Source of the DNA: an uncultured Planctomycetota bacterium
GTDB taxonomy: Bacteria; Planctomycetota; Planctomycetia; Isosphaerales; Isosphaeraceae
Assembly: GCA_963845755.1 (NCBI GenBank)
Contig: CAWJTV010000027.1
Coordinates: forward strand, 192,001-256,000
Direction of reading: 5' to 3'
DNA: 64,000 nt
Shown here: one piece after another, positions 34,001 through 43,439 of the stretch
Layout of the letters: every line of letters starts with the position of its first letter
How positions within the stretch are numbered: position 1 is the stretch's first letter
The notes under the pieces: generated by a model
Databases searched by the model: none
What the model was told of the DNA's origin: nothing
What the model saw: the letters and a program-made list of their open reading frames with translations, nothing else
Translations under genes and position numbers: made by a program

Positions 34001-35501
34001 GGTCTGGTCGAGCGAATTCTCATACTTCACAGTCACCGGCGCCGACCAGAGCGGCCGACCCGTGCCGAGCGCGAACGCGGTCAGCATCTGAGAATTGCCC
34101 GCCTGGCCCGGCCCCATCGCCAGGATCTCGGGCTCGCCGTCGCCATCGAGGTCCGCATACTGGACCGGTCCGACGGGCACGAACCCCAGGTCGATCGAGG
34201 TCCCGAGCGGCTTGCCGGTCGCCGGGTCGAGGCGCATCCACTGCGCGCCGTCGATGTACGTCACCATCGCCGGCTTCCGGCCGGGCACCACCGTGGCCGA
34301 CCGGCTCCAGGTGGGGTGTGAATACGTCGTGAAGGTCGGGTCGACCGGGTCACTCCACAGCCTGCGACCGGTCCGGCCCGAAATGGCCTGGATCACCCGC
34401 CGGGCCAGGGACTGCCGACGCCGACGGCCTACCGCTTGGGCTCCCGGCGGGGACGGCGATCGTTGCTCGGTCTCCGTGGGAAGCTGGTAATAGACGATCG
34501 TGGCGACCAGGTCCGATGCGCCATCACCGTCGAGATCCGCCACAGCGGGTGTACCGACGATGAAGGCGGTCCTGCTGACCGGGCTGAGCGGGCCGGGTAA
34601 TCCGGGATCGGCGGAGGGGGGCCCGCCCGGGCCGTCGAGCTCGAGGACATGCTCCCAGAGCACGGACCCCGTCCCGCCCGACATGGCCAGGACGCGAGGT
34701 CATGTCGGCGAGAGACCCAGAGCAGGTCGCCGGTGCCATCGCCGTCCAGGTCCGGCGCGGGTCGGACGAGCCGAAGGGTTTGCCGGTAATCTCGCAGACG
34801 GCGCAGGCGGTCTGCTTCGTCTTGGTGGTTTTTCCGGAGGATGGAGGGCCGGGAGGAGTCCCAGACGGTCGTCCCGGTCCCACCGTCGCGGCGGATGATG
34901 GCCTGGGCGCCCAACTCGACCACGTCGGCCTTGCCGGGCGTCAGCTCGATCGCCACCGTGATAGGGGCGAAGGGGAGCGGCTCCTCTCGGGTTTTTTCCT
35001 GGTTGCCCATCCGAGGAACCGGCTCCCTTCCCAGCAAGCGGCCTTCTTCCAGCGAGAGCGCAGTGCGTTCGCGCCTCGCCCCGATTGACGGCGAACCGGT
35101 AGGTCCGGCCGAGCCGCCCCACGCCGTGGACGCGGAGCCGGTAATCGCCGTCGGGCAGGGCCAGGATCCGAGCGCGTCGCCACGGTGAACGGATCGCCCA
35201 GCGGCTCCTCACCCGACTCGGGCAGCACCTGGGCCGTCAACGGCGGGCCGTCGTTGGTCAACTCGATCCAGCCCAGCCGCCAATCGGAATAGAATCGCGA
35301 GGCGGCCGCCCAGACGAGCATCACCAGCAGCGTGGTGGCGACGGTCACGGCCGTGATGCGAACGGCGTCCCTCCGCGCCCGCAGGGGCTCCCACAGACGC
35401 AAGGCGGCGCGGTTGTGGTGGACCTCGATGGGATGGCCGTCCCCGGTATCGCGGGAATCGGCCGTGCGCGACGGTTCGCGCGTGGCATCCGGCTCGTTCA
35501 T
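31061..35501 (-). CDS. FG-GAP repeat membrane protein, kinase-less paralogue of 6372-11717 (frameshifted)
   Basis: Shares RFYSDWRLG..VLPESG, WWGRGPDGWPLL, DLDGDG repeats and C-terminal RLLMALP..MPxIEHY TM region. No kinase motifs. Confidence 0.85.
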
Positions 35502-35527
35502 GCTCGGGTATCCCCTGTCCGTCCCAT

Positions 35528-35586
35528 GTCGGTCAAGCTTTCCGGCCCGACGAGCCCTTGCCGTCAGGCTGGAAAGCCTGACCTAC
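35528..35586. repeat. Inverted REP-like doublet (GTAGGTCAGGCTTTCCAGCCTGAC type)
   Basis: GTCAGGCTGGAAAGCCTGACCTAC at 35563-86 and a degenerate inverse copy at 35528-51, between divergent genes. Confidence 0.65.
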
Positions 35587-35660
35587 TTTCTTGCCAACGT
35601 AGTATACTGTCAGGCGGTGAGGGTTGGGAAAGCGCCGGGGACATCGCGTGCTGCGGGAGG

Positions 35661-38600
35661 ATGGCCGTGGGTTGGAACGCGCTCGTAGTGCTGGCCGTGG
35701 TTGGGTTCGGGGAACCCGCGCCCGCGCGGGATCGACGACGGAGCCGGCCGCCTCGCCGGTCGAATTCAACCGCGACATCCGACCGATCTTGTCGGACACC
35801 TGTTATCCGTGTCACGGCCCCGACTCGGCCCGGCGCAAGGCCAACCTGCGGTTCGATCAGGAATCGTCGGCCCGCGCCGATCGGGACGGCGTCCGCGCAA
35901 TCGTCCCGAGTGATCTCGATGCCAGCGAGCTCTATCAACGGATCACCGCCGAGGACGTCGACCGGCACATGCCGCCGGCAAAATCCGGCAAGTCGCTCGA
36001 TGCGAAGCAGATCAATCTGATCCGTCGATGGATCGCCGAGGGGGCGAAGTGGCAGCCGCACTGGGCCTTTATTCCCCCGAGGCAGCCCGCGGCCCCGCTT
36101 ATCCAGCACCAAGCCTGGGTGCGCAATCCGATCGATGCCTTCATCGTCGCGCGGCTGGAACGCGCGGGGCTCGCGCCGTCGCCCGAGGCGGGGCGGGGCA
36201 TCTTGCTCCGGCGCGTGACGCTCGACCTGACCGGCCTGCCGCCGAGTCGCGCCGAGCTCGCGGCGTTCGAGGGCGACACCGATCCGAACGCCTATGAGAA
36301 GGCCGTCGATCGCCTGCTGGCCTCGCCCCGATTCGGCGAGCGGATGGCGATCCGCTGGCTCAACGCCGCGCGTTACGCCGACACCAACGGCTATCAGACC
36401 GACGCGCCGCGGTTCATGTGGCGATGGCGCGACTGGGTCATCGACGCCTATAACCGCGGCATGCCGTTCGACCGGTTCACGATCGAGCAACTGGCCGGCG
36501 ACCTGTTTCCCGTCGCCACGCTCGACCAGAAGATCGCCACCGGCTTCAACCGCAACCACCGCGGCAACGCCGAGGGCGGGATCATCCCCGAGGAATACGC
36601 GGTCGAGTACGTCGTCGATCGGGTCGACACCACCGCGACCGTATGGCTGGGCCTGACGGTCGGCTGCGCCCGATGCCATAGCCACAAGTTCGACCCGATC
36701 TCGCAGGAAGACTATTATCGCCTCTTCGCCTTCTTCAACAACGTCCCCGAGAACGGGCGGGCGCTCAAGTACGGCAATTCGCCGCCGACCATCGCGGCAC
36801 CCACTCGCAGCCAGCAAGAACAGCTCGACGCACTCCGGCGCAGGCTGGCGGACAAGGAACAGCAGGTCCGAGCCCGAGAGCCGGCGATCGCCGCGGCCCA
36901 GGCCGTCTGGGAGACGTCGATCCTCGGACGTTCGGCATTCGACGACCTCCGGGACGATCACCTCGTCGTTCATCTCGGCTTCGACGAGGATTGCGAGGCC
37001 ACGGGATTGGCCGGGCCCAGGCCGCATTTCCGCGAGGGCCGAGCCCACTTCACGCCCGGTCCGGTGGGATCGGCGATCGCGCTCGACGGCCGCGGTTATC
37101 TCGATGTCGGGAATGTCGCCGCCTTCGGATTCTACGACAAGTTCACGCTCGCCGCGTGGATCAAGCCCGAGGGCGCGCGCGGCGGAGTCATCATCTCGCG
37201 GATGGTCGAGGAATCCCAGGGCGAGGGTTACAGCGTCGTCCTCGACCGGGGCAAGATCCAGGTCAACCTGGTCAAGCGCTGGCTGGATGACGCGATCCGC
37301 GTCGAGACGAAGGCCGCGGTCACACCCGGCGCCTGGACGCACGTCGCGGTCACTTATGACGGCTCGCGAGTTGCCGGCGGGATCAAGATCACTCTCAATG
37401 GTCAGCCCTTGCTATTCACCGTACTTCTGGATGAGTTGAATCAATCGTTCCAGACGAAGGAGCCGTTGCGGATCGGGGCCGGAGGGGGGCCCGGGAATCG
37501 ATTCCCGGGTGCGATCGATGAGGCGAGCGTCTTCGATCGGGCGCTCGATGCCGACGAGATCTCGGTCCTCGCCACGCGCGAGTCGGTCGCGGAGATCGCC
37601 GCGATTCCGCGCGAACGGCGAACGGGCGGCCAGTCGCGGAAGATCCGTCAGGGCTTCCTGGCGACCGAGGCGCCGGCCTCGATCAAGTTGTCGATGATCG
37701 TGCGCGATTCCGCGCGGGCGGAGCTCGACGAATTGATCGAGCACATTCCCACGACGATGGTGATGGAGGAGATGCCGGCCCCGCGCCCGAGCTACGTCCT
37801 GGTCCGGGGACAATACGATCATCGTGGGCCTCGGGTCGAGGCCGGCGTTCCGAAGACGATCGGGGCCTGGCCCGCGGATCGGAAGCCCGACCGGCTCGGG
37901 CTGGCGCGATGGCTCGTGGACCCGGCCAATCCGCTGTCGGCGCGCGTGGCGGTCAACCGCGACTGGCAGATGCTCTTCGGCAATGGGCTGGTCCGCACCG
38001 TGGAGGACTTCGGCGCGCAGGGGGAGCCCCCGAGTCACCCCGAACTCCTCGACTGGCTGGCGACCGAGCTCGTCCGTTCGGGCTGGGATACCAAGGCGAT
38101 GCTCCGCCTCATCGTCACGAGTGCGACATATCGGCAGTCGTCGCGCGTCACGCCCGAGGGTCTCCGCCACGACCCGGAGAACCGCCTGCTCGCGCGCGGG
38201 CCGAGGCTCCGGCTCCCCGCCGAGATGATTCGCGACCAGGCGTTATCCCTGGCGGGACAACTGGTCGAGCGGGTCGGCGGGCCGTCGGTGAAGCCGTACC
38301 AGCCGCCGGGTTTGTGGAACGAGCTGGCGGACGCCGATTATGTCCAGGACCACGGGCCCGATCTGTATCGCCGGGGACTCTACACGTTCTGGAAGCGGAC
38401 CGTCCCGCCGCCCGCGATGGTGGCCTTCGACGCACCGGGGCGCGAGACGTGCATCGTCCGCGAGGTCCGGACCGATACACCGCTCCAGGCGCTCAATGTC
38501 CTGAATGACGTGACGTTCGTGGAAGCCGCCCGGGCCTTCGCCGAGCGGATCATGAGGGACGTTGAGGCGACGCCCGCAGCCCGGCTCGCCTCGGCCTTTT

Positions 38601-38824
38601 TTGCCGCGACCGCCCGGCGGCCGACGGCCGCGGAGGTGAACATCTTGCTCGCCGGCTTCGAGGACCAGTTGGGCCGATTCCGTCGCGACCCCAAGGCGGC
38701 CGGCGCCCTGATCCGCGCCGGCGAGTCGTTGCCCGACCCGCGGCTCGACCCCTGCGAGCTGGCGGCGTACACCACGGTCGCGCAATTGATCCTCAACCTT
38801 GACGAGACGATCACCAAGGAGTAA
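35661..38824 (+). CDS. Planctomycete cytochrome c / DUF1549 / LamG / DUF1553 protein
   Basis: FNRDIRPILSDTCYPCHG, HWAF, NPIDAF, CARCHSHKFDP, PSHPELLDWLA and LILNLDETITKE. The signal peptide is in a shifted frame from ATG 35661. Confidence 0.93.
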
Positions 38825-38827
38825 CCC

Positions 38828-38946
38828 TTGCCATCGTAGGGTGCTCTGTGAGCACCAATTTGCCATCGTAGGGTGCTCTGTGAGCACCAATTTGCCATCG
38901 TAGGGTGCTCTGTGAGCACCAATTTGCCATCGTAGGGTGCACCAAT
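38828..38946 (+). repeat. Tandem REP array, 32-bp unit x3 plus one internally deleted copy
   Basis: TTGCCATC-GTAG-GGTGCTC-TGT-GAGCACC-AAT, with GTAG at 38836, 38868, 38900 and 38932. Confidence 0.95.
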
Positions 38947-38963
38947 TTTTGATTGTCATTCCT

Positions 38964-39533
38964 ATGTCAGATTATCGCCGCTATTTCGCTCCCGGTGGTT
39001 CGTTCTTTTTCACAGTCGTGACGCAAGGGCGCGCCGCGATACTGACCGTCCCCGATGCCAGAGCGATCCTTCACGAAGCTTTCGCGGAATGCCGGCGGCG
39101 CTGGTCGTTCCGGATGGACGCGAACGTTCTTCTCCCGGAGCACCTTCATGCAATCTGGTCTCTTCCCCGAGGAGACGACTGTTACCCGCTGCGATGGGCT
39201 TTCATCAAGAAGGAGTTCACCAAAAGATGGCTACAAACGGGTGGAAGCGAAAAACCAGTCGGTCCTGAGAGAAGGGGACGCCGACGGCGAGGTGTCTGGC
39301 AACCGCGCTATTGGGAACATCTCATTCGCGATGAGGATGATTTTGAACGACATATGGAATACATCCATTACAACCCTGTCAAACATGGACTTGTGGAATG
39401 CCCTCGAGATTGGCCATTCTCCTCTTTCCATAGGTGGGTCCGGCTCGGAGCCTATCATCCGGATTGGGGTTGTGGCTGTCGCGATGCACAGATATTCCGA
39501 TTCGACGACATTGAAAGAACCGCGATGGAATGA
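38964..39533 (+). CDS. rayT: REP-associated tyrosine transposase (RAYT/TnpA-REP, Y1 HUH)
   Basis: YRR..GGSFFFTVVT, HUH motif LPEHLHAIW, WQPRYWEHLIRD, catalytic YIHYNPVKHGL and WPFSSF. Confidence 0.92.
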   Translation: MSDYRRYFAPGGSFFFTVVTQGRAAILTVPDARAILHEAFAECRRRWSFRMDANVLLPEHLHAIWSLPRGDDCYPLRWAFIKKEFTKRWLQTGGSEKPVGPERRGRRRRGVWQPRYWEHLIRDEDDFERHMEYIHYNPVKHGLVECPRDWPFSSFHRWVRLGAYHPDWGCGCRDAQIFRFDDIERTAME

Positions 39534-39540
39534 AGACGAC

Positions 39541-39813
39541 TACGAGAGGATCGGTGCTCACAGAGCACCCTACGAGAGGATCGGTGCTCACAGAGCACCC
39601 TACGAGAGGATCGGTGCTCACAGAGCACCCTACGAGAGGATCGGTGCTCACAGAGCACCCTACGAGAGGATCGGTGCTCACAGAGCACCCTACGAGAGGA
39701 TCGGTGCTCACAGAGCACCCTACGAGAGGATCGGTGCTCACAGAGCACCCTACGAGAGGATCGGTGCTCACAGAGCACCCTACGAGAGGATCGGTGCTCA
39801 CAGAGCACCCTAC
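39541..39813 (-). repeat. Tandem REP array, 30-bp unit x9, inverted relative to the left array
   Basis: Nine identical TACGAGAGGATCGGTGCTCACAGAGCACCC units, containing the reverse complement of the same 21-bp REP. Confidence 0.97.
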
Positions 39814-39839
39814 AAGAGGATCACCAAGGAGTAACCGCT

Positions 39840-41302
39840 GTGAGCCCGCTCGTCGAACGACTCCAACTCCAGACGCGCCGGCACTTCTTCGGCCGGGCCA
39901 GCACGGGCCTGGGGACGATCGCGCTGGCCTCGCTGTTCAATGGCAGCCTCGACGCCGCCGAGGGAGGGCCGAATCGATCGGGGGCCGGAGTGGACGGTTT
40001 CCCCAACTTCGCACCCAAGGCCAAGCGGGTGATCTATCTGTTCCAGTCGGGCGCACCCTCGCAGATGGACCTGTTCGACGAGAAACCCGTGCTCCCGCGC
40101 CTCCAGGGTACCGAGTTGCCGGACTCGATCCGGATGGGTCAGCGGCTGACGGGCATGACCTCGCGTCAGGATCGGTTCCCGGTCGCGGCGAGCCGGTTTC
40201 GGTTCGCCCGTCATGGTCAGAGCGGAGCGGCGGTCAGCGACTTGCTGCCTTACACCGCGAGCGTGGTCGATGAGCTTTGCTTCATCAAGTCGATGCACAC
40301 CGAGGCGATCAATCACGACCCCGCCGTCACCTTCTTCCAGACCGGGGCCCAGCTTGCCGGCCGGCCCAGCATCGGCGCCTGGATCTCTTACGGCCTGGGG
40401 AGCGAGACCCACGAGCTGCCCGCGTTCGTCGTCATGATTTCCCAGGGCTCGGGGAACCCCAACGATCAGCCGCTCTACGACCGGCTGTGGGGGAGCGGGT
40501 TCCTGCCGACCACCTATCAAGGGATCAAGTTCCGCTCGCAGGGCGACCCGGTACTGTATCTCTCGGATCCGCCCGGCCTGTCGTCCGCGGCGCGCCGGCG
40601 GATGCTCGACGACCTGGCCCGGCTCGATACGCTGAATCATCGGACCTTCGGCGATCCGGAGATCCTCACGCGGATCGCCCAGTATGAGATGGCGTACCGG
40701 ATGCAGACCTCGGTACCCGAGCTGACCGATCTCTCCGGCGAGCCCGACTCGGTCTTTCAACTCTATGGCCCCGACGCGCCCGGCCCGGGACCTATGCCGC
40801 CAACTGCCTGCTGGCGCGGCGCCTGGCCGAGCGGGGCGTGCGCTTCATCCAGCTCTTCCACCGCGGCTGGGACCAGCACACGCACCTGCCCAAGCAGATC
40901 GCCGGCCAGTGCCGCGATACCGACCAAGCCTCTGCGGCCCTGGTGCGCGATCTCAAACAGCGCGGGATGCTCGAGGAGACGTTGGTCGTCTGGGGCGGCG
41001 AGTTCGGCCGGACCGTCTATTGCCAGGGCCGCTTGACCGCCGAGGACTACGGCCGCGACCATCATCCCCGCTGCTTCACCGTCTGGCTGGCCGGCGGGGG
41101 CATCCAGCCCGGCATCACCCACGGCGCGACCGACGACTACGGGTACAACGTCGTCCAGGACCCGGTCCACGTCCACGACCTGCACGCCACGATCCTGCAT
41201 TGCCTGGGCATCGAGCACACCAAGCTGACCGTCAAGTATCAGGGGAGGCATCACCGACTGACCGACGTGCACGGTACGGTGGTGAAGACGATCCTGGCGT
41301 GA
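39840..41302 (+). CDS. DUF1501 domain protein, frameshift near 40785
   Basis: TRRHFF Tat motif, [27 protein letters not shown] and GGEFGRT..GRDHHP. Confidence 0.92.
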
Positions 41303-41362
41303 GCGGTGCGCTCGCTTGCCCGCCCGCCTCTTGGTCCCGTCCGAACGTAGGAATTCCTACAA

Positions 41363-41662
41363 TCAATAATAATATCGGGCCTGGAGAAACTCGACGCGGT
41401 CGCCTTTGATGAGGTAGACGAGGCGATGCTCTCCCGCAATCCGCCGGGACCACGTACCGGCCATCTCATGCTTCAGCGGCTCGGGTTTGCCTAGACCGGT
41501 GAACGGCTCACGGAGCGTAGCTTCGACCAGCTCCAGGACGCGGAAGGCGATTCGGCGGTCAGTCTCGATCCTGAAGCGCAGGTCCTCGCGAAACCTCGAA
41601 TTGAATTCAGCGGCGAGGGGGCCACGCGGTGGTTTCTTCGGTGGCCCATCAGGTTTCTTCAA
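41363..41662 (-). CDS. yoeB: Txe/YoeB family toxin
   Basis: PFTGLGKPEPLKH..WSRRI..EHRLVY..QARYYY. Probable TTG start overlaps the antitoxin end. Confidence 0.9.
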   Translation of the reverse strand: MKKPDGPPKKPPRGPLAAEFNSRFREDLRFRIETDRRIAFRVLELVEATLREPFTGLGKPEPLKHEMAGTWSRRIAGEHRLVYLIKGDRVEFLQARYYY

Positions 41663-41933
41663 GGCCGAACTCCCGGCGAAGGTCCTCCACCGTTTCCGGG
41701 GGAAGATTCCGGCTTCGGGCTTCCGCGAGAGCCTCCAAGAGCCGTTGAGCATTCTTGGGAGAGCGGAGCAAGTGGGCCGTCTCCAGCAAGCCGCGCAGTT
41801 CATCGGCGGCGATCAGCATGACATCCTCGGCACCTCGCCGGTGAATGATGATGGGCTCTCGCGAAGAGCTCGCCTCATCGCAGAGGGCCGCGAGATGGGC
41901 ACGCGCGTGGCTGTAGGTTGTCTCGGTCGGCAT
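41649..41933 (-). CDS. yefM: Phd/YefM family antitoxin
   Basis: TYSHARAHLAALCD..IIIHRRG..LLETAHLLRSPKNAQRL. Confidence 0.92.
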   Translation of the reverse strand: MPTETTYSHARAHLAALCDEASSSREPIIIHRRGAEDVMLIAADELRGLLETAHLLRSPKNAQRLLEALAEARSRNLPPETVEDLRREFGLEET

Positions 41934-41948
41934 AGAAGGTCCTCCGGT

Positions 41949-41971
41949 ATATTGTACAGGAATATTGTACA
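41949..41971. promoter_or_regulatory. Putative YefM-YoeB autoregulatory operator
   Basis: Two ATATTGTACA copies with TGTACA palindromic cores (41953-58, 41966-71) just upstream of yefM. Confidence 0.7.
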
Positions 41972-42060
41972 AGCTGGGACCGCCATCTCAAGCTCTCATC
42001 AATGCCGGCTTCGCGAGAGAATTCATCACCGTCGAGTCGGCCTCAGCGACCAAGGTCCGA

Positions 42061-43095
42061 TCAATAGGCGTCGGTGCTGATGACCTCGCCACGGTTCCGG
42101 CTGGAAATCGCCTGGTAAGTACCGAACGGTGTGGTGTCGCTGTAAAGCGCGGGACTGCCCCCGAAGGTCATGCCGACGGGCAGATCGGTCGCGGGATCGA
42201 TCGGCCAACTGCTGATCGTGTCCTTCACGAAGCGGACCGAGCCGTCGACCATGGCGAAATTGGCGCCACCCGGATGCAGGCTCGAGGCCGCCTGGATGAA
42301 GGCGGTGGAAACGGTGTCCCCGCCGGCGTTGCCGTTGACGACTTTTCGTTGTGGGTTCACCGGGTAGAGTGTACTGAACATGGTGTCGCCGAACGCCCCC
42401 GACGTCCACCAGTGCCAATCGAGGCATGGTGGGATCCCGCCTCCGGCGGGCGCGTTGCAGCTTAGCAGGGCATGAGCACGTTCGCCGAAGATGAAGGTCT
42501 GGCTGGTCCCGTCGGTGATCATCGCCAGGCTCACAGAGCTCTGGATCCAGTACAGGCCGTTGATCTGGGCTTGCCGGATCGGGTTGAAAGAAGGGTGATA
42601 CCAGGTACCGGTGCAGCCGGCGTAGCTGGTGTAGTACATCGTGCCAGGGCCCTCGAGCATATCGGTGACCGTCTGCGGTTGGTTGACCGTCGAGTCGCTG
42701 GGGCACCAGAGAGTCCCGACGCCCGTGGCCGAGATCGTGTAGTTGGCTCGCACGTACGTAGGAAGACTGAAATTGAAAGCGCTGAAGAGCGACTGCTGTT
42801 CCAGGTAGGGCAGGATCGCAATGAACAGGTTGTCGGACGGTTGAAGGCTCCCGTCCGCGGGGTCGGTCGCGACACCCGTGCCCTGTGGCAGGGTGTTCGC
42901 GGCGTTGAGGTAGTTTTGCGAGGCCAGGGCGAGTTGCTTGAGGTTGTTGACACACCCCACACGCCGCGCGGCCTCCCGCGCCGCCTGTACGGCGGGGAGG
43001 AGCAGGGCGATCAGGATCGCGATGATCGCGATGACCACCAGCAACTCGATTAACGTGAAGCCTCGTACGGGCGAGCGATCGGTCTTGGTCTTCAT
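42061..43095 (-). CDS. DUF1559 protein with prepilin-type N-terminus
   Basis: [49 protein letters not shown] and [16 protein letters not shown]. Confidence 0.95.
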   Translation of the reverse strand: MKTKTDRSPVRGFTLIELLVVIAIIAILIALLLPAVQAAREAARRVGCVNNLKQLALASQNYLNAANTLPQGTGVATDPADGSLQPSDNLFIAILPYLEQQSLFSAFNFSLPTYVRANYTISATGVGTLWCPSDSTVNQPQTVTDMLEGPGTMYYTSYAGCTGTWYHPSFNPIRQAQINGLYWIQSSVSLAMITDGTSQTFIFGERAHALLSCNAPAGGGIPPCLDWHWWTSGAFGDTMFSTLYPVNPQRKVVNGNAGGDTVSTAFIQAASSLHPGGANFAMVDGSVRFVKDTISSWPIDPATDLPVGMTFGGSPALYSDTTPFGTYQAISSRNRGEVISTDAY

Positions 43096-43182
43096 CGGGA
43101 ATCTCATCCGGCAAGAGTGTCCCCTTCCAAGCCCACCGGCTGACATCAGCGAGTGGCGTCCCCAGGGGCGAGGATGTTCTCC

Positions 43183-43401
43183 TCATCGGTAATCCGACCC
43201 GGCCCGGCTCTTTGGTCTGGCCGGCTTACTGGCGTCCCTGGCCGACTTCGGCCGTTTCGCGTCCTCGAACGTCTTGAAGTTGCGGACGGCCAGGTCCGTG
43301 CGGTCCACTTTGATCGAGCCGGCCCCCTCCGGCCCGCAGCCGGCGAGGAGACACGCTCCCATGAGCAAGGCGAGGGACCGTTGGCAGCGTCTGTCGCACA
43401 T
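43183..43401 (-). CDS. Small lipoprotein accompanying the DUF1559 gene
   Basis: Lipobox LLAGC followed by a short basic tail. Confidence 0.6.
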   Translation of the reverse strand: MCDRRCQRSLALLMGACLLAGCGPEGAGSIKVDRTDLAVRNFKTFEDAKRPKSARDASKPARPKSRAGSDYR

Positions 43402-43439
43402 GGGCCGGACTCCTTCTCGAATTGATATTATAATGTTTA

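Larger units (their letters stand above)
38809..39836. mobile_element. RAYT/REP cassette bounded by 18-bp direct repeats
   Basis: GATCACCAAGGAGTAACC at 38809-26 and 39819-36, enclosing REP array, RAYT gene and inverted REP array. Confidence 0.8.

Noticed and set aside
35564..37342. Long antisense ORFs (also 24210-26012, 51764-53344, 55995-57212 and others)
   Set aside because: They are shadow frames of well-supported genes, as expected in high-GC DNA, and have no recognisable motifs.
39541..39813. CRISPR array
   Set aside because: The units are fully identical with no variable spacers, no cas genes are present, and the palindrome is a GTAG REP next to a RAYT.
39055..40273. Repeat-peptide ORFs (YERIGAHRAP)n, (TRGSVLTEHP)n and their antisense versions
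   Set aside because: These are by-products of a stop-free 30-bp DNA repeat overlapping real genes.
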